From an uncultured Bacteroidales bacterium (lineage in GTDB: Bacteria > Bacteroidota > Bacteroidia > Bacteroidales > Muribaculaceae): a DNA stretch of 35,711 bases. The position numbers and the translations under genes were made by a program. The notes under the pieces are model-generated. The model searched no databases, had not been told where the DNA came from, and worked only from the letters and a program-made list of their open reading frames with translations. Each line of letters starts with the position of its first letter. Within the stretch, counting starts at the first letter, position 1. The stretch lies in contig CANSGE010000001.1 of assembly GCA_947646295.1 (NCBI GenBank), positions 1-35,711 of the forward strand. The letters run 5' to 3'. Of the stretch, positions 1-9,244 are shown in pieces.

Positions 1-1
1 A

Positions 2-802
2 GTAGAGCTCCTGCACGTGGCGGTGATGGGCGAGATGCTCCCGGAGTACTGTGAGCTGGGCCCGGCCGATGCATGCGGATATGTTTGAGAGGCGGTAATT
101 GTAGCCTACTACCTCGTGCTGATAATATGGATAGCCCTCGCGTGCCTGCGTTGCGTACCATTTGGCTCTGTCGGCGGTGTCTTTGTCGGGGCAGATGAGC
201 GCTCCGCCGCCGGATGTGGTGATCATCTTGTTGCCGTTGAAGCTCAGGATGCCGAAGCGCCCGAATGTGCCGAGCACTTTACCTTTATAGCGTGAGCAGA
301 ATCCTTCGGCGGCGTCTTCGATGACGGGGATGCCGTAGCGGTGGGCTATCTCCATGATACGGTCGATCTGATAGGGCATGCCGTAGAGTGCTACGGGTAT
401 GATGGCCTTGGGCGCGCGGCCGGTCTTGGCGATGCGGTCTTTGATGGCCACTTCAAGCAGGTCGGGGTCCATGTTCCATGACTCTTTTTCGGAGTCAATG
501 AACACGGGGGTGGCGCCAAGATACGCTACGGGGTTGGTGGAGGCGCAGAAGGTGAACGACTGTACCAATACCTCGTCGCCGCGACCGACACCGCTCAGTA
601 TCAGGGCGAGATGTATGGCGGATGTCCCCGATTCGAGCGCTACGATATGACCGGCTCCGACGGCAGCTCCAAGTTCTTTCTCAAAGGCTGTGACATCGGG
701 GCCCATCGGTACGGCCCAGTCCTCGGCCAGTGCGGGCTTGATAAAGTCCAGCTCTCGGCCGCACATTTTCGGCTTGCAAAGCAGTATCCGCTCTCTGTTC
801 AT
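2..802 (-). CDS. DegT/DnrJ/EryC1/StrS PLP-dependent aminotransferase, EpsN/PglE-like (3' end runs off the window)
   Basis: Not in the ORF track; translated by hand from ATG at 802, which overlaps the upstream stop (ATGA). MNRERILLCKPKM...SGTSAIHLAL...QSFTFCASTNP...IEDAAE...SFNGNKMITTSGGG contains the PLP-lysine motif. Confidence 0.9.
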   Translation of the reverse strand, partial: MNRERILLCKPKMCGRELDFIKPALAEDWAVPMGPDVTAFEKELGAAVGAGHIVALESGTSAIHLALILSGVGRGDEVLVQSFTFCASTNPVAYLGATPVFIDSEKESWNMDPDLLEVAIKDRIAKTGRAPKAIIPVALYGMPYQIDRIMEIAHRYGIPVIEDAAEGFCSRYKGKVLGTFGRFGILSFNGNKMITTSGGGALICPDKDTADRAKWYATQAREGYPYYQHEVVGYNYRLSNISACIGRAQLTVLREHLAHHRHVQELY

Positions 803-1389
803 TTTGTGATGATTTCTTTGAAGGTGGAGAAAATGAGTTTTATGTCGTTGCAGAGCGTGGCCCGGTCGACGTATTGGAGGTCGATGGCGAGTTTGTCGGG
901 CATGACGGTCTCGATATAGCATCGGTCGGGGTCATCGGCAGCCGCGAGCAGCTCGTTCTCGTTGCGGTAACGTATGGATGCGAGCGACGTTATGCCGGGG
1001 CGCACGCTCAATACCCGCATCTGCTCGGGAGTGTACATATCCACGTATTTGCGCACCTCGGGGCGCGGCCCCACGAGGCTCATGTCGCCGGTGAAGACGT
1101 TGATGAGCTGGGGGAGCTCGTCGAGCTTGTATTTGCGGATGTAGTAGCCGGAGCGTGTCACGCGCGGATCACGGCCGCCTACGGTGATGAGGCCCAGGCG
1201 GTCACTGTCGGGACGCATGGAGCGGAATTTGAAGAGCCGGAAGTCCTTGTTATCGCGTCCGACGCGTGTCTGGCGATAGAATACAGGCCCGCGGCTGTCG
1301 CATTTGATCCACACAGCCAATATGGCAAAGAGCGGACTGAGGCAAATCAGCCCCAATCCGCTCGCGATGATGTCGAATGCTCTTTTCAA
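799..1389 (-). CDS. Monotopic phosphoglycosyl transferase (Bac_transf; WcfS/PglC-like initiating transferase)
   Basis: MKRAFDI, FRLFKFRSM, KLDELPQLINV and GDMSLVGPRPE motifs. Confidence 0.93.
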   Translation of the reverse strand: MKRAFDIIASGLGLICLSPLFAILAVWIKCDSRGPVFYRQTRVGRDNKDFRLFKFRSMRPDSDRLGLITVGGRDPRVTRSGYYIRKYKLDELPQLINVFTGDMSLVGPRPEVRKYVDMYTPEQMRVLSVRPGITSLASIRYRNENELLAAADDPDRCYIETVMPDKLAIDLQYVDRATLCNDIKLIFSTFKEIITK

Positions 1390-2627
1390 AGCTCTTTGAT
1401 TATGTCGATGAAATTGGAGAGGATATAGTCCACGTCGTCATCCGTAAGACGTGTGTGGAGCGGCAGGGTGATTTCGTTGGCAAACTGTGCGTAGGCGTTC
1501 GGGAAATCCTTGATGTCATAGCCCAGGGCCTTATATGCCGTCATCATCGGCAGGGGCTTGTAGTGCACGTTGGTGGCGATGCCGCGCCGGGCCATCTGCT
1601 CGATCACGTCGTTGCGCTGCTCAAGGGAGGCGCCGAGCAGCCTGACAAGATAGAGGTGTCCGCTAGAGCAATGGTCGTTGCCATAATGGTCGAGCACCTG
1701 CACATTGTAGGGCTCAAGAGCCACATTGTAGCGCTCGATGAGCTGGCGGCGGCGGCGCAGCATCTCCGGATAACGCTTCAGCTGGGCCAGACCGATGCCG
1801 GCCATCACGTCGGTCATGTTGCACTTGTACCATGTGCCGATGATGTCATATTCCCAGGCGCCAAGTTTCGTTTTGGCGAGAGCATCCTTGTTCTGTCCGT
1901 GGAGCGAGAGCAGCTGGAGCTGCTTATATATGGCCTCATTGTCGAGCCCCTCGCGGCTGCGCCAGGTGAGAGCGCCGCCTTCGGCCGTGGTGAGATTTTT
2001 TACGGCATGGAATGAGAAAGATGTGAAATCGGCGATCTCGCCACACATCCTGCCGTGCCACATGGCGCCGAAAGCATGGGCGGCGTCGGCGATGACGATG
2101 CAGCGGCCGAAATTACGCTGTATGTCGTTTGACGGCTTGAAGAGATGCTTCCGGGCCTCGACGGCAGCGAACACCTTGTCGTAGTCGGCCACGATGCCGC
2201 CCAGGTCGACGGGCATGATTGCCTTGGTGCGTTCGTTGATGGCAAGAGCCATCTTGTCGTAGTCCATCTCGAAGGAGCCGGGAGCGCAATCCACCATCAC
2301 CGGCTTGGCACCTACGTGGCATACCGCACTTGCCGTGGCCGTGTAGGTATATGCAGGCACGATGACCTCGTCGCCCTCGCCGATGCCGAGCACGCGCAGG
2401 GCCAGCTCCATGCAGGCCGTAGCCGAATTGAGACAGCAGGTAGTGTGCTGCGGCTTGCCGTCGGCATCATACTCGATAGTCTGGCAGCACATCGAAATGA
2501 GATTCTCGAATTCCTTCGTTTTAGGGCCGGTGGTGATCCAGCCCGACTTCAAGGCCTCGGCCACCTCAAAAATTTCAGCCTCCGACATATCCGGCGGCGA
2601 AAAAGGGATATTCTTTTTTACAGTCAT
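1386..2627 (-). CDS. DegT-family aminotransferase, AATGal-forming type (WcfR / pneumococcal Spr1654-like)
   Basis: NIPFSPPD, SGWITTGPKT, SFSFHAVKNLTTAEGG, LSLHGQNKDALAK, YKCNMTD and NVHYKPLP closely follow the AATGal aminotransferase subfamily as I recall it; adjacent to a WcfS-like transferase. Confidence 0.85.
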   Translation of the reverse strand: MTVKKNIPFSPPDMSEAEIFEVAEALKSGWITTGPKTKEFENLISMCCQTIEYDADGKPQHTTCCLNSATACMELALRVLGIGEGDEVIVPAYTYTATASAVCHVGAKPVMVDCAPGSFEMDYDKMALAINERTKAIMPVDLGGIVADYDKVFAAVEARKHLFKPSNDIQRNFGRCIVIADAAHAFGAMWHGRMCGEIADFTSFSFHAVKNLTTAEGGALTWRSREGLDNEAIYKQLQLLSLHGQNKDALAKTKLGAWEYDIIGTWYKCNMTDVMAGIGLAQLKRYPEMLRRRRQLIERYNVALEPYNVQVLDHYGNDHCSSGHLYLVRLLGASLEQRNDVIEQMARRGIATNVHYKPLPMMTAYKALGYDIKDFPNAYAQFANEITLPLHTRLTDDDVDYILSNFIDIIKEL

Positions 2628-2629
2628 CT

Positions 2630-3640
2630 TTATCTGTTGTTTTTAGCGATGAATGATTGTTTCGTTAATAATTTCCAAAGACCTGCTAAATATCCTGCAC
2701 CATAGCTCAGGTGCACGGTGCTGTATGTAAGGCTTTGTAATAGGATTTGTCTGATATCGCGGCTTGAGAGGATTGAAAAAACGAGGCACAGCCCAAGATA
2801 AAAGGCTACTCCGGCGATATAGACGGGTAAAAAGGGAGGCCACAATACAGACAGTATCAACCCAACGATAAGTCCTGCGACGAGTATCAGTGGCACAAAT
2901 TGCCTCAGAGTAGCCGGGGAGCCGAGTTTCTTGTTGACAAGAGGTTTGAAAAGTCCGTACTGATAGAACATTTTCGCAACTTTACTGATTTTGTCGCGAG
3001 CATAATACCGTACCTCTACATCTGGCAATAAGTATATTTTCCCTCCGGCTTTTGTAAGGCGTCCATTGAACTCGTCATCCTGATTGCGTATGAGTTCGGG
3101 ATCAAAAAGCCCTATACGGTCAAATACGTTTCTTCGCCAACACCCAAAAGGAACAGTATCAACGCGTGTGATACTACTGGCACCCACGCGGAATGCTGAG
3201 TTTCCCATGCCGAATTTACTGCTCAGTACAGCTGCTATGGCACGTGCTGCGGGACTTTCATTGGTGGGGAGTGTAATGCAGACGCCTCCCACATTGTCGG
3301 CATCAAGGCGCACAAGGGCTTCTGTCAGAGCTGAAAAGTAATTTGCAGGGTATTCCGCGTGCGCATCAAGCCTCATGATTATATCGCCGTGGGAGGCCTC
3401 GATGGCACGGTTGAGGGCCGGCGGCACAATGCGGTCAGGATTATCGATGAGTTTTATCCAGGGATATCTGGCCGCATATTGGCTGACGATGTCGCGAGTG
3501 GCGTCGGTACTCATGCCATCGGCAAAAATCACCTCCAGCTCATCCTTAGGATAATCTTGAGCCAAAATCGATTCGATACATGCGGCTATATAGCGTTCCT
3601 CATTATATATTGGACATATTACTGAAAGCATGCTATTCAA
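2630..3640 (-). CDS. Glycosyltransferase family 2 (ExoA-like)
   Basis: SVICPIYNEE, DGMSTD, RLDAH, VDTVPFG and RNQDDEFN motifs; C-terminal hydrophobic helices. Confidence 0.9.
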   Translation of the reverse strand: MNSMLSVICPIYNEERYIAACIESILAQDYPKDELEVIFADGMSTDATRDIVSQYAARYPWIKLIDNPDRIVPPALNRAIEASHGDIIMRLDAHAEYPANYFSALTEALVRLDADNVGGVCITLPTNESPAARAIAAVLSSKFGMGNSAFRVGASSITRVDTVPFGCWRRNVFDRIGLFDPELIRNQDDEFNGRLTKAGGKIYLLPDVEVRYYARDKISKVAKMFYQYGLFKPLVNKKLGSPATLRQFVPLILVAGLIVGLILSVLWPPFLPVYIAGVAFYLGLCLVFSILSSRDIRQILLQSLTYSTVHLSYGAGYLAGLWKLLTKQSFIAKNNR

Positions 3641-4041
3641 GAGTTTGGCCCTTCTTCTTCCAAAGGACGTTTTCTGATTTGGTCAAAGATTGATTTATTG
3701 TTGCCCCTTTCGCACAGCCATAGAAAAATCAAAAGAGCAGATGCCAGCCCTAATGCTATGATGACAAGCAGATAGGAGTAGTAAAGTCTTTCCTGTTTGG
3801 TAGGATCAACTGAAAAGAATGCAATCAGGAACGAAATGAATGCAGATGCAGTAGCTATACCGAATTCGAGAAATTTATCGCTGCGGCTTCCATTTTCAAG
3901 GCTTTCAAGCTCTTCTTTTTTCACCTCATACGATTCCCAATAATCGATCTTATGGCGTTTGATACGAGTATTTCCGTATCCGCTCGCACGTGTCGTATCG
4001 TTTTTGGTGGTTTTGGGTGATTTTCCTTTTAGCTTTTTCAT
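3637..4041 (-). CDS. Hypothetical 134-aa protein with two transmembrane helices
   Basis: ATG at 4041 overlaps the upstream stop (ATGA). Hydrophobic segments FGIATASAFISFLIAFFSV and YLLVIIALGLASALLIFLWL. Confidence 0.65.
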   Translation of the reverse strand: MKKLKGKSPKTTKNDTTRASGYGNTRIKRHKIDYWESYEVKKEELESLENGSRSDKFLEFGIATASAFISFLIAFFSVDPTKQERLYYSYLLVIIALGLASALLIFLWLCERGNNKSIFDQIRKRPLEEEGPNS

Positions 4042-4328
4042 GGCTCGGAAGAGAAAAATGATCGGAGATATTTCGAATCGTCCGGTGTGAGATTCCAAGC
4101 GGCCTTCAGCCCGGAGAGTGAGATGACCAGACAGTATCCAAAATCTTTGCCTGCGACCTTATTGCGCACATCCTCATAGTCGTGTTTTTAGTGGGCTTCG
4201 AGCACAAAGACATTATCGAGAATCTTCCGCACTTCTCCCATATCATGTATATTTTTGATCATGGCCTGATGACGCCTGTTGTTTTCGTCTCCAAGTACAA
4301 TCAAAAAAGTCTTATCCAGTTCGGCCAT
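4038..4328 (-). pseudogene. 96-codon ORF with one in-frame TAA; possible VapD/Cas2-like ferredoxin-fold protein
   Basis: Hand translation: MAELDKTFLIVLGDENNRRHQAMIKNIHDMGEVRKILDNVFVLEAH*KHDYEDVRNKVAGKDFGYCLVISLSGLKAAWNLTPDDSKYLRSFFSSEP*. The stop is at 4188-4190. The ORF exactly fills the gap between its neighbours. Confidence 0.6.
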
Positions 4329-4332
4329 AATT

Positions 4333-5268
4333 CTATTTTATTTTTTTGATCCCAGAGATATCGGCTTTCTTTCCGAGGATATGCAGAAACTCCTGTGAGT
4401 AGAAGTCCATCATACCGCCTTGGGATGTGAAAGTAAGTTCTCCGAAATAAATCCGGCCGTTGATATTGTAGAGATCTACGCGCAGGATTGGAAATTCCCG
4501 GGAAAGGCGGCGTGCAACGGAAAGCATTTCATCAAGATTTTGCGGTTTTGGCAATATTTTCCCGTGACGGTATTCAGAGGTAAACACGCAATACTCCGGA
4601 TGGGCATTCCAGTCCAGGTCGTAAGTCATGACATCCGCACCTCCGCCATCTTCATCGCGGTCGCTGCAGGTCCATATGTAGTATGGCGCGCCATTTATAC
4701 ACCATATTTTGTAATCAGTCAGAGAGTGAGCTCCGGCAGGTAGTTTCAGGACTTCTTCAGCAATTATACACGGTGGCATACCTTTATAATGTGGCTCGGC
4801 CGCCAGCTCTCCGATATGTTTACGTCGGAGCCAACCATCGAAAATCTTCCGTAGTCTGATATGGTCGGCTTCAGGAAGATTGTTTACTATGAGGTTTGTG
4901 CCCTTGCCATCGCCGTTGTTGACTTTGAAAATGACCTTTTTAGGCAACTTGCTGAAATCAATCTCTTCAGCAGAATCCCATTTGCCGTAGAGCTGCACGA
5001 GATATTCGCCAAGCCCCAACGTCTCGACATAATGGCGCACCTTGTATTTGTCGGCCAATTCGGACCAACGCGTTGTATCGGCATAAAGCTTCTGCCAGAG
5101 AATTTTTTCATTGAGGTCCTGTGGATCATTCAATCGTGGCCATCTCTTGAATTTAGCGTAAAACCGCAGACGAACCAGCGTCACAGGAGTATTCCTACCC
5201 ATCCATTCGCAGAGCTTTATAAGAGGCCAGCAAATGGTCGACATTGTTTTGTTTGTTGAAATATTCAT
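4333..5268 (-). CDS. TupA-like ATP-grasp protein (polysaccharide amide ligase)
   Basis: PQDLNEKILWQKL, LADKYKVR, DYKIWCING and LRVDLYNINGRIYFGELTFT motifs. Confidence 0.88.
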   Translation of the reverse strand: MNISTNKTMSTICWPLIKLCEWMGRNTPVTLVRLRFYAKFKRWPRLNDPQDLNEKILWQKLYADTTRWSELADKYKVRHYVETLGLGEYLVQLYGKWDSAEEIDFSKLPKKVIFKVNNGDGKGTNLIVNNLPEADHIRLRKIFDGWLRRKHIGELAAEPHYKGMPPCIIAEEVLKLPAGAHSLTDYKIWCINGAPYYIWTCSDRDEDGGGADVMTYDLDWNAHPEYCVFTSEYRHGKILPKPQNLDEMLSVARRLSREFPILRVDLYNINGRIYFGELTFTSQGGMMDFYSQEFLHILGKKADISGIKKIK

Positions 5269-5419
5269 TTTGAGAATAATCTTCGTTTAAAGAAATTACC
5301 AATCATATTTTGCCAATATATGCAAAAGGAGCTTTCCCGATTGTGACCGCCGTACCGATGCCTCGGCCGGTATCGAAGTACCAGTCGGCAAAGCAGCAAT
5401 CTCCAAAAAACTTAAGCAT

Positions 5420-5932
5420 TTATCCTATCGTTTTGATGAGTTTGGCCGGAACACCGGCATAAATACCCTTTGGAGTATCAAAAGGTTTGTTCAACATACT
5501 GTTGGCACCCAAAACCGACATTTCAGGTAGTACCGCTCCAGCTGCTACAGTACAGTTGCCTCCGACCCATGCGCCTGCTTTGATTCTAATGACTCCCGGC
5601 ATGCACTTGCCGTTTCGGTAACTGCCATTTCCTAAAGTATGATTCCCTGCCACAATCAAGCTGTGGGGCCCGATGATGGCACAATCGCCGATTTCGACAC
5701 GGCCGCTTCCCATTATGAATGCGTGGTTGGCTATACGGATATTTGACCCGAACTCAAGATTCTGTAAGTCGCGCAAAATCGCATCATGTTGCACTATCAG
5801 ATTTTTACCGCATCGCCGCATGCCGAGTCCGTAAAGCCATCCGCGGAATCGTGAAACGAGTGGTATATCGGGAAGGAAAAACAAAGTGCTTCTCACAAAC
5901 CAGCTGTATATAAGCAGAAATTTGGATTTCAT
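5420..5932 (-). CDS. Hexapeptide-repeat (LbH) O-acetyltransferase
   Basis: Left-handed beta-helix repeats (EIGDCAIIGP, IKAGAWVGGNCTV) and terminal GVPAKLIK. Confidence 0.85.
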   Translation of the reverse strand: MKSKFLLIYSWFVRSTLFFLPDIPLVSRFRGWLYGLGMRRCGKNLIVQHDAILRDLQNLEFGSNIRIANHAFIMGSGRVEIGDCAIIGPHSLIVAGNHTLGNGSYRNGKCMPGVIRIKAGAWVGGNCTVAAGAVLPEMSVLGANSMLNKPFDTPKGIYAGVPAKLIKTIG

Positions 5933-5934
5933 AA

Positions 5935-7080
5935 TCAGTCGATTGAGTATATTTGAGATAGGAAACGTTCGATGGTGAAATTTGACTTGACAGTGTTGAA
6001 TGCTCTTAGGCGTTGGGCTTCATATATTTGAGGGTCTTTACAGAAGTCCTCTATGAGCTTGTATGCACCATCGGCATCATCGAAATCAAAGTAGCGGATG
6101 GTATCGCCATCAGAAAATGTCCCCGGGAGCGACCCCACAGGTGTGGAAATCACCGGGATGCCTTCCGACATTGCCTCAATGACTACGCGAGGTGAGCCCT
6201 CGGAGAGGGACGGAAATACAAATAGGTCGGCTGAGCGTAGGAGGTTGCGCAATTCCGCACGGTCATCAATGCGCCCGTGCATGTGTACATTTTTTTCGAG
6301 ATTATTTGCCCGTACAAACTTTTTTACGTCCTCCATCATTTCTCCGTTGCCCACCACATCAAAATGAAATCCCGGGTAAGTCTCTTTCAGTTTCAGCCAA
6401 AGATTTTTCAGCAAATTCATACCTTTGGCAAATCGGAGATATCCCACATAGATCATGCGGGGAGGCCGACTGTCACTGAGTGGTGTGGGATCAGCCATGT
6501 CAGCTCGGCAAACTGTCGATGATATTACAGCTGTGGCTTGAATACCTTTTTTCTGCAATTTGTCTCTTAGATGTGTCCCATTGGTATAGGTCCGCGCTTT
6601 GCGTGAAGCTTTCAGAGTAAGTCTGTATTCAGGCAAATAGCCGGCAATCATGACTCGTTTTTTGAGCCAAGACCATTTTTCATTACGTAATGTAGCATCA
6701 ATTGTATCGCCTACGTAATGCATCACAGTCGGTATCCCGTATTTCAGGCGTGGCAGCCAGCAGAAAGGGTCAGGCACGCGGGAGTATATGAAGTCTACCT
6801 TATCTCTTACGTACTCTAATGCTCGGCAGTAATGCTTATAGTTGAAGACTGCTCCGAGATAACTGTTGACTTCCGGTAATTCTACCACCTCAATATTCTT
6901 GAAGACGCCAATATTATGTTGACATCCGCAGTACTCTGTATGGCGTACGGAGGATATGAGATACACCTTATCAAAATTTTGCGAAGCATAGGCGAGATAC
7001 GTGAAATGCGTTCCTCCAATATAATATTCGCCATTGACTTCGAGCAAATTCCACGAAGTAAGTATAGCAAAAGACTTCAT
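5935..7080 (-). CDS. Glycosyltransferase family 4
   Basis: IYVGYLRFAKG and FVFPSLSEGSPRVVIEAMSEG (EX7E). Start moved to ATG 7080 (ATGA overlap). Confidence 0.9.
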   Translation of the reverse strand: MKSFAILTSWNLLEVNGEYYIGGTHFTYLAYASQNFDKVYLISSVRHTEYCGCQHNIGVFKNIEVVELPEVNSYLGAVFNYKHYCRALEYVRDKVDFIYSRVPDPFCWLPRLKYGIPTVMHYVGDTIDATLRNEKWSWLKKRVMIAGYLPEYRLTLKASRKARTYTNGTHLRDKLQKKGIQATAVISSTVCRADMADPTPLSDSRPPRMIYVGYLRFAKGMNLLKNLWLKLKETYPGFHFDVVGNGEMMEDVKKFVRANNLEKNVHMHGRIDDRAELRNLLRSADLFVFPSLSEGSPRVVIEAMSEGIPVISTPVGSLPGTFSDGDTIRYFDFDDADGAYKLIEDFCKDPQIYEAQRLRAFNTVKSNFTIERFLSQIYSID

Positions 7081-8279
7081 TTGCTTTGATGTATAAAAGT
7101 TAGTGAATAGGATATGGCAAATACATACCACATGAAGATGTAAGTGAGGGCTCCGCCGGTTTTTGATCCAATGAGGACCATTCCCAGAAATGCTACCAAG
7201 CCAAATGGTGAGATCCTATGTTTTTTCCACACCACTCTGAAGAGTGCAAATAGAAAATATCCGAAAAATATGAAACCGATGAAACCTGATGTCGCAAGCA
7301 CGTACCAATATACGTTGTGTACAGTATGCGTGAGCCCATGGCGCGAGAGCATCAATTCCTGGAACTTTAACGCACCCACGCCCGTAAATGGGTAATCAAG
7401 GTATATGTCCAGGGCTGCATCAGAGAGTTGTGTACGCCCGGCATCTTCACCAGTCTCAATGGTTGAATTAATGCGCTCGACCATAGAAAAATCATCGTTG
7501 GTCTCGACTGTTCTGGCGATGAAGTATATAGTTGCAGCCACGCAACACCCCGTTATGAGTAGTTTTGTAAACCGGCTTCCGGTGCGCAAGAAATATAGAT
7601 AAATAGCCAGGCAAACAAGCAAAACTATAAAGCTGCCTCGTGAGCCACTTGCTATGATGGTATAGAGTATGGGCAATTCAAGCGCGAGCAGGATCAGCCT
7701 GACCGACATCCAATGGTTAGGATTGTCAATGACAAGATACAGGATGAACATAAACGCGAATGCCATACGTGTGCTTGTCGAATTCGGATTTTCGAAAAAA
7801 ATGGCCGCACGTCCACCTCCCCAATATGTAAGCTGATCCAAGTATCCCCCCATGAACAAAGCTGCTATCGTACCGGCAGTAATGCTGAATGTCAGCAGCG
7901 AATTTGCTAACAGACGTGTATTCTTATGGAATAATATGGGTAATTTACAAAATAATAGCACGCATAGAGCTAATTTCAGTGCAATTACGAAAAAAGGGGT
8001 TCGGATAGTATTTATACTAAACAGTACGGTGATGAGAATCCAGATAGCTACAAAAACTCCCAGGATGCGACTTAGTTTATTGAGTGACTTATCTTCCCCC
8101 TTTACGAAAAGCAGGCAGCCAATAAAGGCGGATTGGACGATCAGGGCCAAAGGGGAGGATGAACTTGACATATCCTCCAGATTGTATGATCCAAACGGAT
8201 TGAATGAGCCGAGGCCGGTAACAATCGAGAAAAGGATAAGCAGTAGTGCCGCAATCTTTATAATGAGCGGTTTTTTCAT
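7077..8279 (-). CDS. wzy: Wzy-type polysaccharide polymerase (O-antigen ligase/polymerase family)
   Basis: About ten hydrophobic helices; ENPN, SGSRGS, PFTGVG and HNVY motifs; lies in a Wzx-dependent locus. Confidence 0.75.
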   Translation of the reverse strand: MKKPLIIKIAALLLILFSIVTGLGSFNPFGSYNLEDMSSSSSPLALIVQSAFIGCLLFVKGEDKSLNKLSRILGVFVAIWILITVLFSINTIRTPFFVIALKLALCVLLFCKLPILFHKNTRLLANSLLTFSITAGTIAALFMGGYLDQLTYWGGGRAAIFFENPNSTSTRMAFAFMFILYLVIDNPNHWMSVRLILLALELPILYTIIASGSRGSFIVLLVCLAIYLYFLRTGSRFTKLLITGCCVAATIYFIARTVETNDDFSMVERINSTIETGEDAGRTQLSDAALDIYLDYPFTGVGALKFQELMLSRHGLTHTVHNVYWYVLATSGFIGFIFFGYFLFALFRVVWKKHRISPFGLVAFLGMVLIGSKTGGALTYIFMWYVFAISYSLTFIHQSK

Positions 8280-9244
8280 GAATAATGGAGACTCGTGATT
8301 TTTCTTAATACGGGGAATTCTCGCAAAAAAGCAAGAGCTAATCGCCGGTGAACAGGCAAAGAAGATAATATGGACCTTTCTTTCATTAATTCTTTAACAT
8401 CACTGTCCAGACTATCATATGCCCCTTGCGGACATCCCTGCGCCAATATTGAAAAAATACGGTTTACTATATATTTTTTGAGCAGGTCTTTCACATTGGA
8501 CCATTCCTCGGAGCTGCGCAATAGTGAGTATAGGTAATTAGTAGCTCTCACGATCTGCCGGAATTGTGATTCTGAGAATTTCTTTTTGGAGGAGGAGGCG
8601 ATATTATAGAAATAATTATATACGGGGATATTTGACACATGTATCTTTTCAGCGCGTAGCACCAAAGTATAGAAGAGCATCAGATCTTCACTGTTTATCT
8701 GCCCCGCGATATCCGGTAGGCTCTCAGATGGATTGAATAACCCGGACCGGAAAATTCGGCCCCACATGCTATGGGACTGTGATCCGCTGAGCAAAAGTTT
8801 CAGAATTTCGGTACTGTTAAAATCTCCGGTGGTTTTATTTAGCCGTGGCACACTGAGATTATCAGAGTTAACTATATTATGTGCTGCTATGAAAATATCC
8901 GCGCCTGTAGCGTTGATTCCGTCTGATAAAACCTGTAAAGCTGTATCTGTCAGGAAATCATCACTGTCAAGAAATACTATATATTCACCCTTGGCATTAA
9001 GATAGCCGGTGCGCCGTGCTGCCAATAATCCTGAATTGACCTTGTGATGGATCAATCGTATGTCGAGCCATGGATTGTCTTTGATGAATTGTTCAGTCTT
9101 CCTGATTGAGTCGTCTTTACTGCCATCATCGACGATTATGACTTCAAATTCAGTGAATGTCTGCTTTCGTATGCTGTCAAGGCATCGGATGATATATGCC
9201 TCGACGTTATATACGGGTACTATTATTGATATCATCAGAGTCAA
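8276..9244 (-). CDS. Glycosyltransferase family 2
   Basis: SIIVPVYNVE, VDDGSKD, FLDSDD and SED motifs. Confidence 0.92.
   Translation of the reverse strand: MTLMISIIVPVYNVEAYIIRCLDSIRKQTFTEFEVIIVDDGSKDDSIRKTEQFIKDNPWLDIRLIHHKVNSGLLAARRTGYLNAKGEYIVFLDSDDFLTDTALQVLSDGINATGADIFIAAHNIVNSDNLSVPRLNKTTGDFNSTEILKLLLSGSQSHSMWGRIFRSGLFNPSESLPDIAGQINSEDLMLFYTLVLRAEKIHVSNIPVYNYFYNIASSSKKKFSESQFRQIVRATNYLYSLLRSSEEWSNVKDLLKKYIVNRIFSILAQGCPQGAYDSLDSDVKELMKERSILSSLPVHRRLALAFLREFPVLRKITSLHYS

Noticed and set aside
399-2705. Plus-strand ORFs such as 874-1428, 1377-2015 and 2145-2705, and similar long antisense ORFs elsewhere (12431-13081, 13715-14611, 32729-33532)
   Set aside because: Shadow frames opposite well-supported GC-rich genes, with no recognisable motifs.
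5303-5419. 38-codon minus-strand ORF MLKFFGDCCFADWY... between the acetyltransferase and ATP-grasp genes
   Set aside because: Short and motif-less; cannot be told apart from a chance ORF or remnant.
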